Assembly: GCA_964401865.1 (NCBI GenBank)
Contig: CAYNZZ010000009.1
Coordinates: forward strand, 1 to 32,000
Source: an uncultured Erysipelotrichaceae bacterium
GTDB lineage: Bacteria > Bacillota_I > Bacilli_A > Erysipelotrichales > Erysipelotrichaceae
Direction: 5' to 3'
DNA: 32,000 nucleotides
The notes under the pieces were generated by a model that was given only the letters and a program-made list of their open reading frames with translations, had not been told where the DNA came from and searched no databases. A program made the position numbers and the translations under genes. The stretch's first letter is position 1. Each line of letters opens with the position of its first letter. Of this stretch, positions 17,185 through 24,993 are shown one piece after another.

Positions 17185-17682
17185 ATGATTGGATTGATAG
17201 TTGCTCGTTCTAAAAATAATGTAATAGGTAAAAATGGTAAAATACCTTGGAATATTAAAGATGAACAGCAACAATTTAAGGAACTTACAACCGGGAATAT
17301 TGTGATCATGGGTCGTAAAACATATGAAGAGATCGGTCATCCATTACCTAATCGAATAAATATCGTGGTATCGAATAGTAAAGAATATTCTGGAAATAAT
17401 CTTTTTACTGCTCGTTCTTTAAAAGAAGCTATTAGTTTATTTAGTAATAAAGATATTTATATTTCAGGTGGATATAATTTATATAAAGAAGCTTTATCAT
17501 TAGTGGATGTAATGTATATTACAAAGATAGATATGATAGTTGAAGACGGCGATACATTTTTCCCTGAGTTTAATAGCGATGATTTTGATTTTTATATCGG
17601 CGAAACAAACGGCGAAGACATTAAATACACTCGAACAGTATATATAAGAAAGAGTAATCGGCATTTATTCCTAAAAGATTAG
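17185..17682 (+). CDS. folA: Dihydrofolate reductase (short Gram-positive type, 165 aa)
   Basis: 'LIVARSKNNVIGKNGKIPW', 'IMGRKTYEEIG', 'ISGGYNLYKEAL', 'DGDTFFPEF'. There is no adjacent thyA. Confidence 0.9.
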   Translation: MIGLIVARSKNNVIGKNGKIPWNIKDEQQQFKELTTGNIVIMGRKTYEEIGHPLPNRINIVVSNSKEYSGNNLFTARSLKEAISLFSNKDIYISGGYNLYKEALSLVDVMYITKIDMIVEDGDTFFPEFNSDDFDFYIGETNGEDIKYTRTVYIRKSNRHLFLKD

Positions 17683-18210
17683 CGTTGAAAAATATATTAT
17701 ACAGAAGGCAATGTTTAGAAAAGGGAGCAATGGGTATTGCTTTTTTACTTTTGAAAATAAATAACTTATCAAAACATATAATCCGAGCAAAAGGTAAGTT
17801 AGATTAAAGACGAAGTATATCTTTTGATTAATAATTATTGTCATGAATATCAGTATTTCAATATCACCATCTCCGATAATAGGCTTATATAATTTATTGA
17901 TTATTATTAAAACGATGGGAAGTGCTAATCCGATGATTAAGGAAGTAAGCTCTATTTTGGAAGTTATAGCCATCGCTAGTGATATGATAGCGATGGCATA
18001 GGAATTTAAAGTGTATATCTCTTCAAACCATAAGTCAGTTAAAGATGATAAAAATAACAGAGTGATCAGTACAGTTTCTAAAAAGCCATTACTAATCCTT
18101 ATGAAATACATGAATGTATCAATTATTATTATTTCAGATATTATTTGATATCTTGGTTTTAAAAAATACATCAACAGTAAATATAAGACTATTAAGCATA
18201 TTTCTCTCAT
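17671..18210 (-). CDS. Polytopic membrane protein, probably a minimal A24-family (prepilin peptidase-like) aspartic protease
   Basis: 179 aa, very hydrophobic. Two candidate catalytic Asp motifs, 'SLTD59LWFEEIY' and 'IGDGD116IEIL' (GxGD-like), plus a C-terminal 'PLLPFLNIAF' resembling the A24 PFGP region. No SD is visible. The 3' end overlaps the folA 3' end by 12 nt. Confidence 0.5.
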   Translation of the reverse strand: MREICLIVLYLLLMYFLKPRYQIISEIIIIDTFMYFIRISNGFLETVLITLLFLSSLTDLWFEEIYTLNSYAIAIISLAMAITSKIELTSLIIGLALPIVLIIINKLYKPIIGDGDIEILIFMTIIINQKIYFVFNLTYLLLGLYVLISYLFSKVKKQYPLLPFLNIAFCIIYFSTLIF

Positions 18211-18252
18211 ATATTATTATTTAAAAAAGATACTAGAATTCCTACCATGATG

Positions 18253-18261
18253 TGCTATAAT
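18253..18261 (+). promoter_or_regulatory. Extended -10 promoter for the ileS leader
   Basis: TGcTATAAT (TG at 18253-18254, TATAAT at 18256-18261), roughly 30 nt upstream of T-box stem I. Confidence 0.45.
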
Positions 18262-18289
18262 ACATTTATATTTGCAAAGATTGAGACAT

Positions 18290-18468
18290 GTTTCTTACAT
18301 AACTAACTATAGAGAGTCGATGTTTGGTGGAAATCGATGTGAAAAGGTAAGAAAAATCACTCATGAGCCATAATGGTGATAAGCCATTATCGTTACTCGC
18401 GTTAAGAGGAGGAGAAAAAAGTAAGGTGGTACCGCGCTTTATGCGCCCTTGGTCCACCTTTTTATTTT
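18290..18468 (+). promoter_or_regulatory. T-box riboswitch leader (Ile specifier) with terminator/antiterminator
   Basis: AGAGAG bulge (18311-18316), distal-loop-like TGGTGGAAA, and a specifier-loop context GAAAAATCA with ATC (Ile) at 18356-18358. The T-box core AAGGTGGTACCGCG lies at about 18423-18436. The terminator pairs GGTGGTACC...GGTCCACC and is followed by TTTTTATTTT (to about 18468). Confidence 0.85.
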
Positions 18469-18482
18469 GAAAGGAGATTAAA

Positions 18483-21215
18483 ATGGAATACAAAGACACT
18501 TTGCATATGCCAAAAACTGAGTTCGAGATGCGTGGTAATCTACCCGGTAAAGAACCTAATTTTTTAAAGGAATGGGAAGATGACAATCATTATGAAGAAA
18601 TGTTGAAACGTAATGAGGGACATGAATCGTTTGTTTTACACGATGGTCCACCATACGCTAATGGTAATCTTCATGCTGGAACGGCGCTTAATCGTATCAT
18701 TAAAGATATCATCGTGAGATCTAAAGGGATGGCTGGTTATTATACACCATATTTCCCTGGTTGGGATACTCATGGCTTGCCAATCGAAAATGCAATTCAA
18801 AAATTGGGAGTTAATCGCAAAGAGGTTTCACCAATAGAATTTAGAAAGAAATGTGAAGAATATGCTCATGGTCAAATTGCTAAGCAGATGGCAACTATGA
18901 AGCGTTTGGGTCAGGTTGCCGATTATGAACATCCATATTTCACATTACAAAAGGGATTTGAAGCTAGACAAGTTAGATCATTTGCTAAAATGGCACTGGA
19001 TGGTATGATTTATCAAGGTTTAAAACCGATTTATTGGTCGCCATATCAAGAGACAGCGATTGCCGATAGCGAAATTGTTTATTTCGATCGAAAAGATCCG
19101 ACTATTTTCGTAGCTTTTGATGTCAAAGATGGAAAAGGTGTTCTTGAAGGAGATGAAAAGTTTGTAATTTGGACAACTACTCCTTGGACTATTCCTGCTA
19201 ATTTGGCTATCTGTTTAAATGAACTATTTGAATATGCTGTTGTCAATACTGAAAAGGGTAAGCTGATCGTACTTAAAACTAAAGTTGATGAACTATTGGA
19301 AAAGTTTGAATTAACTAATCTAGGCATCGTTAAAACATTCAAGGGTAAAGAACTAGAAGGAATCACTTGTGTTCATCCGTTATATGAAGATAGAGAATCT
19401 GTTATTATCTTAGGAAGTCATGTAACTGATGAAGATGGTACTGGTTGTGTTCATACAGCACCTGGGCATGGTTTAGATGACTTTATCGTTTGTCAAAAAT
19501 ATGGCATTAAAGCATATTGTCCGGTTGATGAAAAAGGCTGTTTAACTGCTGATGCTGGTGAATTTTTGGCTGGTAAGTTTGTATTGGATGCTAATAAAGA
19601 TGTAGTGGTTAAACTTGATGAATTAGGACATTTACTGAAGATGGAATGGATTACGCACTCGTATCCACATGATGACAGACTTAAAAAGCCGGTTATCTTT
19701 AGAGCTACTGTTCAATGGTTTGCGTCAATCGAAAAGATTAAAGATGATCTTTTGAAAGCAGTCAGTGAAGTAAAATGGCAAAATGAGTGGGGCGAATTGC
19801 GACTTTCTAATATGATCAAAGATCGTAAAGATTGGTGCATCTCAAGACAAAGACTATGGGGAGTTCCAATTCCTATCATCTATAACGAAGATAAGACACC
19901 AATCATTGAAAAAGAAGTATTTGAACATATTGCAGATATTTTTGAAAAAGAAGGTTCAAATGCTTGGTTTGATAAGGATGTTAAAGAATTGCTTCCTGAA
20001 GGATATACAAATCCTAAATCTCCTAATGGTAATTTCACCAAAGAAAAAGACATCATGGATGTATGGTTTGATTCGGGTTCTTCATGGAATGAATTAATTG
20101 CTCGTGGCTATAGTTATCCTTGCGATTTATATTTTGAAGGTAGCGATCAATATCGTGGATGGTTCAATTCATCGCTTATCGTATCAGTGGCTAATCATCA
20201 TGTCGCACCATATAAGAGCGTTTTATCACATGGCTATGTATGTGATTCAAAAGGCCAAGCTATGCATAAGTCGATTGGTAATGTTGTAGATCCGCTTGAT
20301 ATTATTGATAAATATGGTGCTGATATCTTAAGATTATGGGCTGGTACTGTTGATATTAAAGCTGATATGCGTATTGGTGACAGTAACCTTAAACAAGTTT
20401 CTGAACAATATCGTAAAGTTAGAAATACTTTCCGTTTTATGCTAGGAAATATCAATCCTGAAGATTTTGATTATAAGCAAGATTTATTAGCTTATGAAGA
20501 TTTAGAGGATACTGATAAATACATGTTGATTAAATTAAATGAAGTCATTGATAAGACTAGAGTTGCTTATGAACATTATGACTTTGTTATGGCAACAAGT
20601 GTAATGACTAACTTTATGACTAATGAGATTAGTTCATATTACTTAGATTTCACTAAAGATATTCTATATATTGAAAAGAAAGACAATAAACGCAGAAGAC
20701 AAGTTCAATCAGTTATCTACTATCTAGTTGATGCTTTAACTAAACTATGGTCACCTATTTTGGCTTTCACAACATATGAAATCTGGAAGTACTACACTCA
20801 TGAAGATGTTAAATCTGTTCATTACTCTCATTTCCCTGAAGTTAAACATTTTAATGACGAAAGAGAAATCGAAGAGAAATTCACTCGTTTATTCGCTATT
20901 CGTGATGATGTTTTAAAGGCTTTAGAAGTTGCTAGACAAGAAAAAGTAATTGGTAAATCTTTAGAAGCGCATGTGATAATAAATGCTTCTAAAGAAGATA
21001 AAAACTTGCTAGAAACTACTTTCCCAAATACAATTGCTCAATGGTTAATTGTATCTAAAGTGTCATTCACTGACGATCAGCTTGAACGATTTGAATGTGT
21101 TGGTATTAAGATTGAAAAGGCAACTGGTAAAGTTTGTCCAAGATGTTGGAATATTACTGAAAGCGATAATGAAGATGGACTTTGTGATCGTTGCATGAGC
21201 GTATTAAATGATTAA
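18483..21215 (+). CDS. ileS: Isoleucine--tRNA ligase (type 1)
   Basis: 910 aa. HIGH-type 'PYANGNLHAG', KMSKS-type 'AMHKSIGN', and C-terminal Zn motif 'CPRCWN...CDRC'. RBS aaaggaga. Confidence 0.97.
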   Translation: MEYKDTLHMPKTEFEMRGNLPGKEPNFLKEWEDDNHYEEMLKRNEGHESFVLHDGPPYANGNLHAGTALNRIIKDIIVRSKGMAGYYTPYFPGWDTHGLPIENAIQKLGVNRKEVSPIEFRKKCEEYAHGQIAKQMATMKRLGQVADYEHPYFTLQKGFEARQVRSFAKMALDGMIYQGLKPIYWSPYQETAIADSEIVYFDRKDPTIFVAFDVKDGKGVLEGDEKFVIWTTTPWTIPANLAICLNELFEYAVVNTEKGKLIVLKTKVDELLEKFELTNLGIVKTFKGKELEGITCVHPLYEDRESVIILGSHVTDEDGTGCVHTAPGHGLDDFIVCQKYGIKAYCPVDEKGCLTADAGEFLAGKFVLDANKDVVVKLDELGHLLKMEWITHSYPHDDRLKKPVIFRATVQWFASIEKIKDDLLKAVSEVKWQNEWGELRLSNMIKDRKDWCISRQRLWGVPIPIIYNEDKTPIIEKEVFEHIADIFEKEGSNAWFDKDVKELLPEGYTNPKSPNGNFTKEKDIMDVWFDSGSSWNELIARGYSYPCDLYFEGSDQYRGWFNSSLIVSVANHHVAPYKSVLSHGYVCDSKGQAMHKSIGNVVDPLDIIDKYGADILRLWAGTVDIKADMRIGDSNLKQVSEQYRKVRNTFRFMLGNINPEDFDYKQDLLAYEDLEDTDKYMLIKLNEVIDKTRVAYEHYDFVMATSVMTNFMTNEISSYYLDFTKDILYIEKKDNKRRRQVQSVIYYLVDALTKLWSPILAFTTYEIWKYYTHEDVKSVHYSHFPEVKHFNDEREIEEKFTRLFAIRDDVLKALEVARQEKVIGKSLEAHVIINASKEDKNLLETTFPNTIAQWLIVSKVSFTDDQLERFECVGIKIEKATGKVCPRCWNITESDNEDGLCDRCMSVLND

Positions 21216-21240
21216 GGCGAAATTTTTCGCCTTTTTTATT
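21214..21240 (+). terminator. Rho-independent terminator after ileS
   Basis: AAGGCGAA / TTCGCCTT stem with a 4-nt loop, followed by TTTTTTATT. Confidence 0.7.
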
Positions 21241-21257
21241 TCTTTTGATATGAATAT

Positions 21258-21266
21258 TGTTATAAT
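21258..21266 (+). promoter_or_regulatory. Extended -10 promoter for the AI-2E / ThrE / tag unit
   Basis: TGtTATAAT (TG at 21258-21259, TATAAT at 21261-21266), then 6 nt (gagttt), then ATG at 21273. No SD. Confidence 0.45.
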
Positions 21267-21272
21267 GAGTTT

Positions 21273-22418
21273 ATGAAAAAATGGTTAAATGATGAGGATG
21301 TTCAAAAAAACATATACACCTTCGCAATTAGTGGAATAATACTAATTTTATTCTTTTTCTTTATCAAAGAAATAAATGTTGTCTATGCGTTTTTAAGAAA
21401 GTTTATTGCGATAATGTCGCCGTTTATTTGGGGCATTGTTTTTGCTTTCTTTTTAATACCGCTTGCTAATCGTATTGAAAAACACTTTCCTTTTAAGAAA
21501 AAACCGACATTTAGAAGAACCGTAGTTGCGATAATATCGGTTATTATCATGATTTTTATTATCGCTGCTTTCTTTGCGATATTGATACCACAACTCATTG
21601 CCAGTGCCAGTCAATTGATTGAAACCTTTAAAGGTTATATCAACAATGCTACTTTGTGGATGGAACTATTCTCTGATAATTTTGTAATATCACAGGAATT
21701 ATTAAATCAGTTGTATGATTACTTATCAAAATTCATTAGTGGTTTTTTGGCTTTTGTGCAGGAGTACATGCCAAATATTGTTCAGACAACCATTTCTACT
21801 TTTACTGGTATCGGCAATTTTGTTATCGGTATCATTGTGGCTTTATATATTTTAATTGATAGAGATCATTTAAAGAGACAATTAACTAAACTGTCAATGG
21901 CTTTGTTTTCAGATCGTCATCATAGCCGCATATCGATGGTAATTGAACTATCAATCGAGAAGTTTACTCATTTCTTCATCGGGAAAGTTATTGATTCAGT
22001 AATAATAGGCATTATGACTTTTATTTCGATGCAACTATTAAATATTGATTATGCGATTTTAATCAGTTTCATTGTCGGCGTAACAAATATTATTCCGTTC
22101 TTTGGACCTTTCATAGGGGCTATTCCAAGTATTTTTGTCCTACTGATAATCGATCCAATCCAAGCTTTAATCTTTATGATTCTAATTCTTGTCATTCAAC
22201 AAATTGATGGAAATTTAATTGGTCCAACAATTTTAGGTGATTCAATGGGCTTATCTAGTTTATGGATTATGTTTGCGATTATTGTTGGCGGAGCATATTT
22301 TGGTGTCTTTGGCATGGTGGTTGGTGTTCCTATTTTTGCGATTGTCTATTATCTCGTTAGAGAATTTGTTAATAATCGATTAGAAGAGAAGGGTATTTCA
22401 TATCCCGAAGATAAATAA
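21273..22418 (+). CDS. AI-2E family (PerM/UPF0118) transporter
   Basis: 381 aa multi-TM protein with 'NIIPFFGPFIGAIP', typical of the family. An in-frame stop at 21246-21248 fixes the start. Confidence 0.85.
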   Translation: MKKWLNDEDVQKNIYTFAISGIILILFFFFIKEINVVYAFLRKFIAIMSPFIWGIVFAFFLIPLANRIEKHFPFKKKPTFRRTVVAIISVIIMIFIIAAFFAILIPQLIASASQLIETFKGYINNATLWMELFSDNFVISQELLNQLYDYLSKFISGFLAFVQEYMPNIVQTTISTFTGIGNFVIGIIVALYILIDRDHLKRQLTKLSMALFSDRHHSRISMVIELSIEKFTHFFIGKVIDSVIIGIMTFISMQLLNIDYAILISFIVGVTNIIPFFGPFIGAIPSIFVLLIIDPIQALIFMILILVIQQIDGNLIGPTILGDSMGLSSLWIMFAIIVGGAYFGVFGMVVGVPIFAIVYYLVREFVNNRLEEKGISYPEDK

Positions 22419-22421
22419 TTT

Positions 22422-23177
22422 ATGGGATTGACTGATGATAATTTAGCTAAGGCTATCACTAAAGCTGGAAGAATTCTTTTGGAAAGTGGCGCAGAGACAT
22501 ATAGGGTAGAAGATACGATGACACGTATTGCTTTGTCATATGGTGTAGAAGTGGTTGATGCTTATGCAACTCCGACAATGCTTATCATATCTTTTAGCTT
22601 AGATGGAAAACTAACTCATAATATTAAAAGAGTAAATAAAAAAGATACTAATTTAGAGAAGATTGAAAAGGTCAACAGTTTATCGAGAATGGTAAGCAAT
22701 GAGTTAATCGATATTCAAGAGCTGAATCGGTTATTAGATGAAATTGATTCCTTAAAACATGATAATCTTTTAATCAATGCTTCGGGAGCAGCGATATGTA
22801 CCTTTGGTTTTGCTTTCTTTTTTGGTGGCGGAATTCGTGAATCGATAATGGCAATGATAATCGGTATCATCATTACTATCTTTGATAAGAGAATATCTAA
22901 AATATTTCCATCAACCTTTTTTATTCATTTATTTGGAGCAGCGATATTGACTTTTATGGCGATTATTTTTTCCGATATATTATCATACGACCAAAATATT
23001 GTGATTATATCTAGTTTAATGTTATTGGTTCCGGGTCTGGCAATTACCAATGCAATTAGAGATTCAGTTAGAGGAGATCTTTTAAGCGGTTTGGCAATGA
23101 CAGCTGAGGCAATCTTTATTGCTGTGTCATTAGCGGTTGGTAGCGGTGTAGTCATTTCGATAATGGGGGTATTTTAA
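22422..23177 (+). CDS. Threonine/serine exporter (ThrE) family protein, DUF1212-type subunit
   Basis: 251 aa. 'GAETYRVEDTMTRIALSYG' is the hallmark N-terminal motif, and the C-terminal half is membrane-embedded. Confidence 0.8.
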   Translation: MGLTDDNLAKAITKAGRILLESGAETYRVEDTMTRIALSYGVEVVDAYATPTMLIISFSLDGKLTHNIKRVNKKDTNLEKIEKVNSLSRMVSNELIDIQELNRLLDEIDSLKHDNLLINASGAAICTFGFAFFFGGGIRESIMAMIIGIIITIFDKRISKIFPSTFFIHLFGAAILTFMAIIFSDILSYDQNIVIISSLMLLVPGLAITNAIRDSVRGDLLSGLAMTAEAIFIAVSLAVGSGVVISIMGVF

Positions 23178-23608
23178 TGTTTCGGGGATTTATGGCGCTT
23201 TTTGCGTCGATAGGTTTTGGTATTTTATTCAATGCACCCAAAAAAATTCTTCCCTTTATTGGAACTGTAGGAATGTTAGGTGGTGTGACATACAAAATAT
23301 TATCTCTTTATGGAATTAGTGAAGTGTTGTCTTTGTTTATTGCCAGTTTATTGATTTCTTTTTTATCAGAAATATTGGCACGAAAATTGCATTGCCCTAG
23401 TACTATCTTTTTAATTTGTGCCTTAGTTCCCTTAGTTCCGGGTGGTGGTATGTACTATACCATGTTAGAAGTGGTGCAAAATAATATCAATGAAGCTCTT
23501 AGACTAGGCATTAACACTTTGGTTCAGGCTTGCTCGATTGTGATGGCTTGCACTCTTGTGTCAAGTATTTTCTATACCGTAAATAATCGACGCACAGGGA
23601 AAAAATAA
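23177..23608 (+). CDS. Threonine/serine exporter family protein, DUF3815-type small subunit
   Basis: 143 aa, 4-5 TM segments, ATG overlapping the upstream stop. This is the usual partner arrangement for DUF1212 proteins. Confidence 0.72.
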   Translation: MFRGFMALFASIGFGILFNAPKKILPFIGTVGMLGGVTYKILSLYGISEVLSLFIASLLISFLSEILARKLHCPSTIFLICALVPLVPGGGMYYTMLEVVQNNINEALRLGINTLVQACSIVMACTLVSSIFYTVNNRRTGKK

Positions 23609-24141
23609 TGCGATGTAAATGGTGTAATTTAAATAATCCATTGTATGTAAAGTACCACGATGAAGAATGGGGCGTTTTGAATTTAGACGAGCGATACTTA
23701 TTTGAAATGTTAGTTTTAGAATCGTTTCAGGCTGGTCTATCATGGGAATGTGTATTAAATAAAAGAACGGCTTTTAAGAAAGCCTTTGATGATTTCGATA
23801 TAGATTTAATATCAAAATATGATGATAAAAAGATTCGTGAATTATTAAATAATAAAGATATCATCAGAAATAAGTTGAAGATTAATGCAACAATAAATAA
23901 TGCCAAAATATTTAAAGAAATTACTCGTGAATATGGTTTGTTTGCGAATTATTTATTAAGCTATGTACCAGAAGTAATATATGAAAATAATAAAACCAGT
24001 TCAGCGGTTTCTGATGCTATTTCTTGTGATCTGAAATCTAGAGGTATGAAATTTGTTGGTACGACAATAATATACTCTTATTTACAAGCGATAGGTTTGA
24101 TTAATTCGCATGATGACAATTGCTTTTTAAATAAAAAGTAA
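23608..24141 (+). CDS. tag: DNA-3-methyladenine glycosylase I
   Basis: 177 aa with 'RCKWCN...YHDEEWGV...ESFQAGLSW'. TAATG overlap with the upstream gene. Confidence 0.9.
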   Translation: MRCKWCNLNNPLYVKYHDEEWGVLNLDERYLFEMLVLESFQAGLSWECVLNKRTAFKKAFDDFDIDLISKYDDKKIRELLNNKDIIRNKLKINATINNAKIFKEITREYGLFANYLLSYVPEVIYENNKTSSAVSDAISCDLKSRGMKFVGTTIIYSYLQAIGLINSHDDNCFLNKK

Positions 24142-24188
24142 AAATCTCACTCAATCAACATATAAATGATGTGATTAAGTGAGATTTT
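24141..24188. terminator. Bidirectional rho-independent terminator between the convergent tag and NifU-like genes
   Basis: 17-bp arms aaaatctcactcaatca (24141-24157) and tgattaagtgagatttt (24172-24188) with one mismatch. An A-run and a T-run flank the stem, so it can terminate transcription in both directions. Confidence 0.7.
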
Positions 24189-24191
24189 AAT

Positions 24192-24419
24192 TTATTCAGC
24201 CAGCCTTACTTCTTTAATTCCTTCGACCTCATCTAATAAGATAGCTTCTATGCCTTCTTTGATTGTGAAATCTAGCGATGCACAACCGATGCAAGCACCG
24301 TGAACCCTTATATATACGATATCATCTTCTAGTGATACGAATTCAATATCACCACCATCTCTTTGAATATAAGGACGAATTTTTTCTAATGTTCTCTTAA
24401 TTAATTCTTCTTTTTCCAT
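24192..24419 (-). CDS. NifU C-terminal-domain (Nfu/YutI-like) Fe-S assembly protein
   Basis: 'IRPYIQRDGGDIEFV...HGACIGC'. I prefer the start at the MEKEE Met (24419) because AGGAG lies 7-8 nt upstream. The ORF-track start at 24449 would overlap the upstream gene. Confidence 0.85.
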   Translation of the reverse strand: MEKEELIKRTLEKIRPYIQRDGGDIEFVSLEDDIVYIRVHGACIGCASLDFTIKEGIEAILLDEVEGIKEVRLAE

Positions 24420-24423
24420 ATGA

Positions 24424-24882
24424 TTAACTCCTAAATAAGTATAAGACAAAAGCTACGATGATTCCAAGTAAAGCGCCCTTTAAAACTTCTGACCACTTAT
24501 GCCCCAATACTTCTTTCATTGGTTCCTCATAAATATTATCATCAATATCAATTATTTCTTTTTCTTTTAATATCTGAGAAATGTGTTTAGTTAAAACAAT
24601 ATTCTTTCCAGCGTAATAACGAACATTAGCTGCGTCATATGAAACGATTAAACCAAACGCTAGTGCTGTGGCGAATAGTGGCGAATCAAAATTTTCTATT
24701 AAACCAACAGCCATGCACAATGAAAAGACACCAGCAGTATGAGAACTAGGATCTCCGCCTGATGCGTAAATCAAACGCCAATCAAATACTTTTGTTTTGA
24801 TATAGGCAATAAATGGTTTGATACCTTGTGCCAATAATACACTTATAATAAATGACCATAAAGGATACATTGAATTAAACAT
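24424..24882 (-). CDS. Divergent PAP2 / DUF212 (YuiD-like) membrane protein
   Basis: 152 aa with 'AQGIKPF...SGGDPSSHTAGVFSL...YDAANVR'. RBS agaggtga. Confidence 0.8.
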   Translation of the reverse strand: MFNSMYPLWSFIISVLLAQGIKPFIAYIKTKVFDWRLIYASGGDPSSHTAGVFSLCMAVGLIENFDSPLFATALAFGLIVSYDAANVRYYAGKNIVLTKHISQILKEKEIIDIDDNIYEEPMKEVLGHKWSEVLKGALLGIIVAFVLYLFRS

Positions 24883-24900
24883 CTTTCACCTCTAGAAAAC

Positions 24901-24909
24901 AGTATAACA
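24901..24909 (-). promoter_or_regulatory. Extended -10 promoter (minus strand) for the DUF212/NifU-like pair
   Basis: The minus strand reads TGtTATACT (complement of 24901-24909), about 20 nt upstream of the RBS. Confidence 0.35.
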
Positions 24910-24944
24910 CAATTAGACTAAAAATGATTTGATAGATGAGATGT

Positions 24945-24987
24945 GATAGAAATGAAAAATGGAAGCGATCTATTTTAGCCTCCATTT
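24945..24987 (-). terminator. Rho-independent terminator of the marR-ABC operon
   Basis: The minus-strand RNA AAATGGAGGC...GCTTCCATTT forms a 10-bp stem with one G-U pair, followed by TTCATTTC. It begins 7 nt after the ABC gene stop. Confidence 0.5.
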
Positions 24988-24993
24988 TTATAG

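Noticed and set aside
17166-17213. 15-codon upstream ORF (MEDFTRNDWIDSCSF) overlapping the folA RBS and start
   Set aside because: Its ATG is embedded in the folA SD (atGGAGGa). There is no independent SD or supporting evidence, so it is probably fortuitous.
18266-18586. 106-aa minus-strand ORF between the A24-like gene and ileS
   Set aside because: It lies antisense to the ileS T-box leader and the ileS 5' end. The region is fully explained by the T-box elements (specifier ATC, T-box core and terminator).
22410-22424. Possible fifth leaderless start at the ThrE-like gene (gATAAATaatttATG)
   Set aside because: The -10-like hexamers are poor and at the wrong spacing (4-5 nt). The gene starts 3 nt after the upstream stop, so translational coupling within the operon is the simpler explanation.
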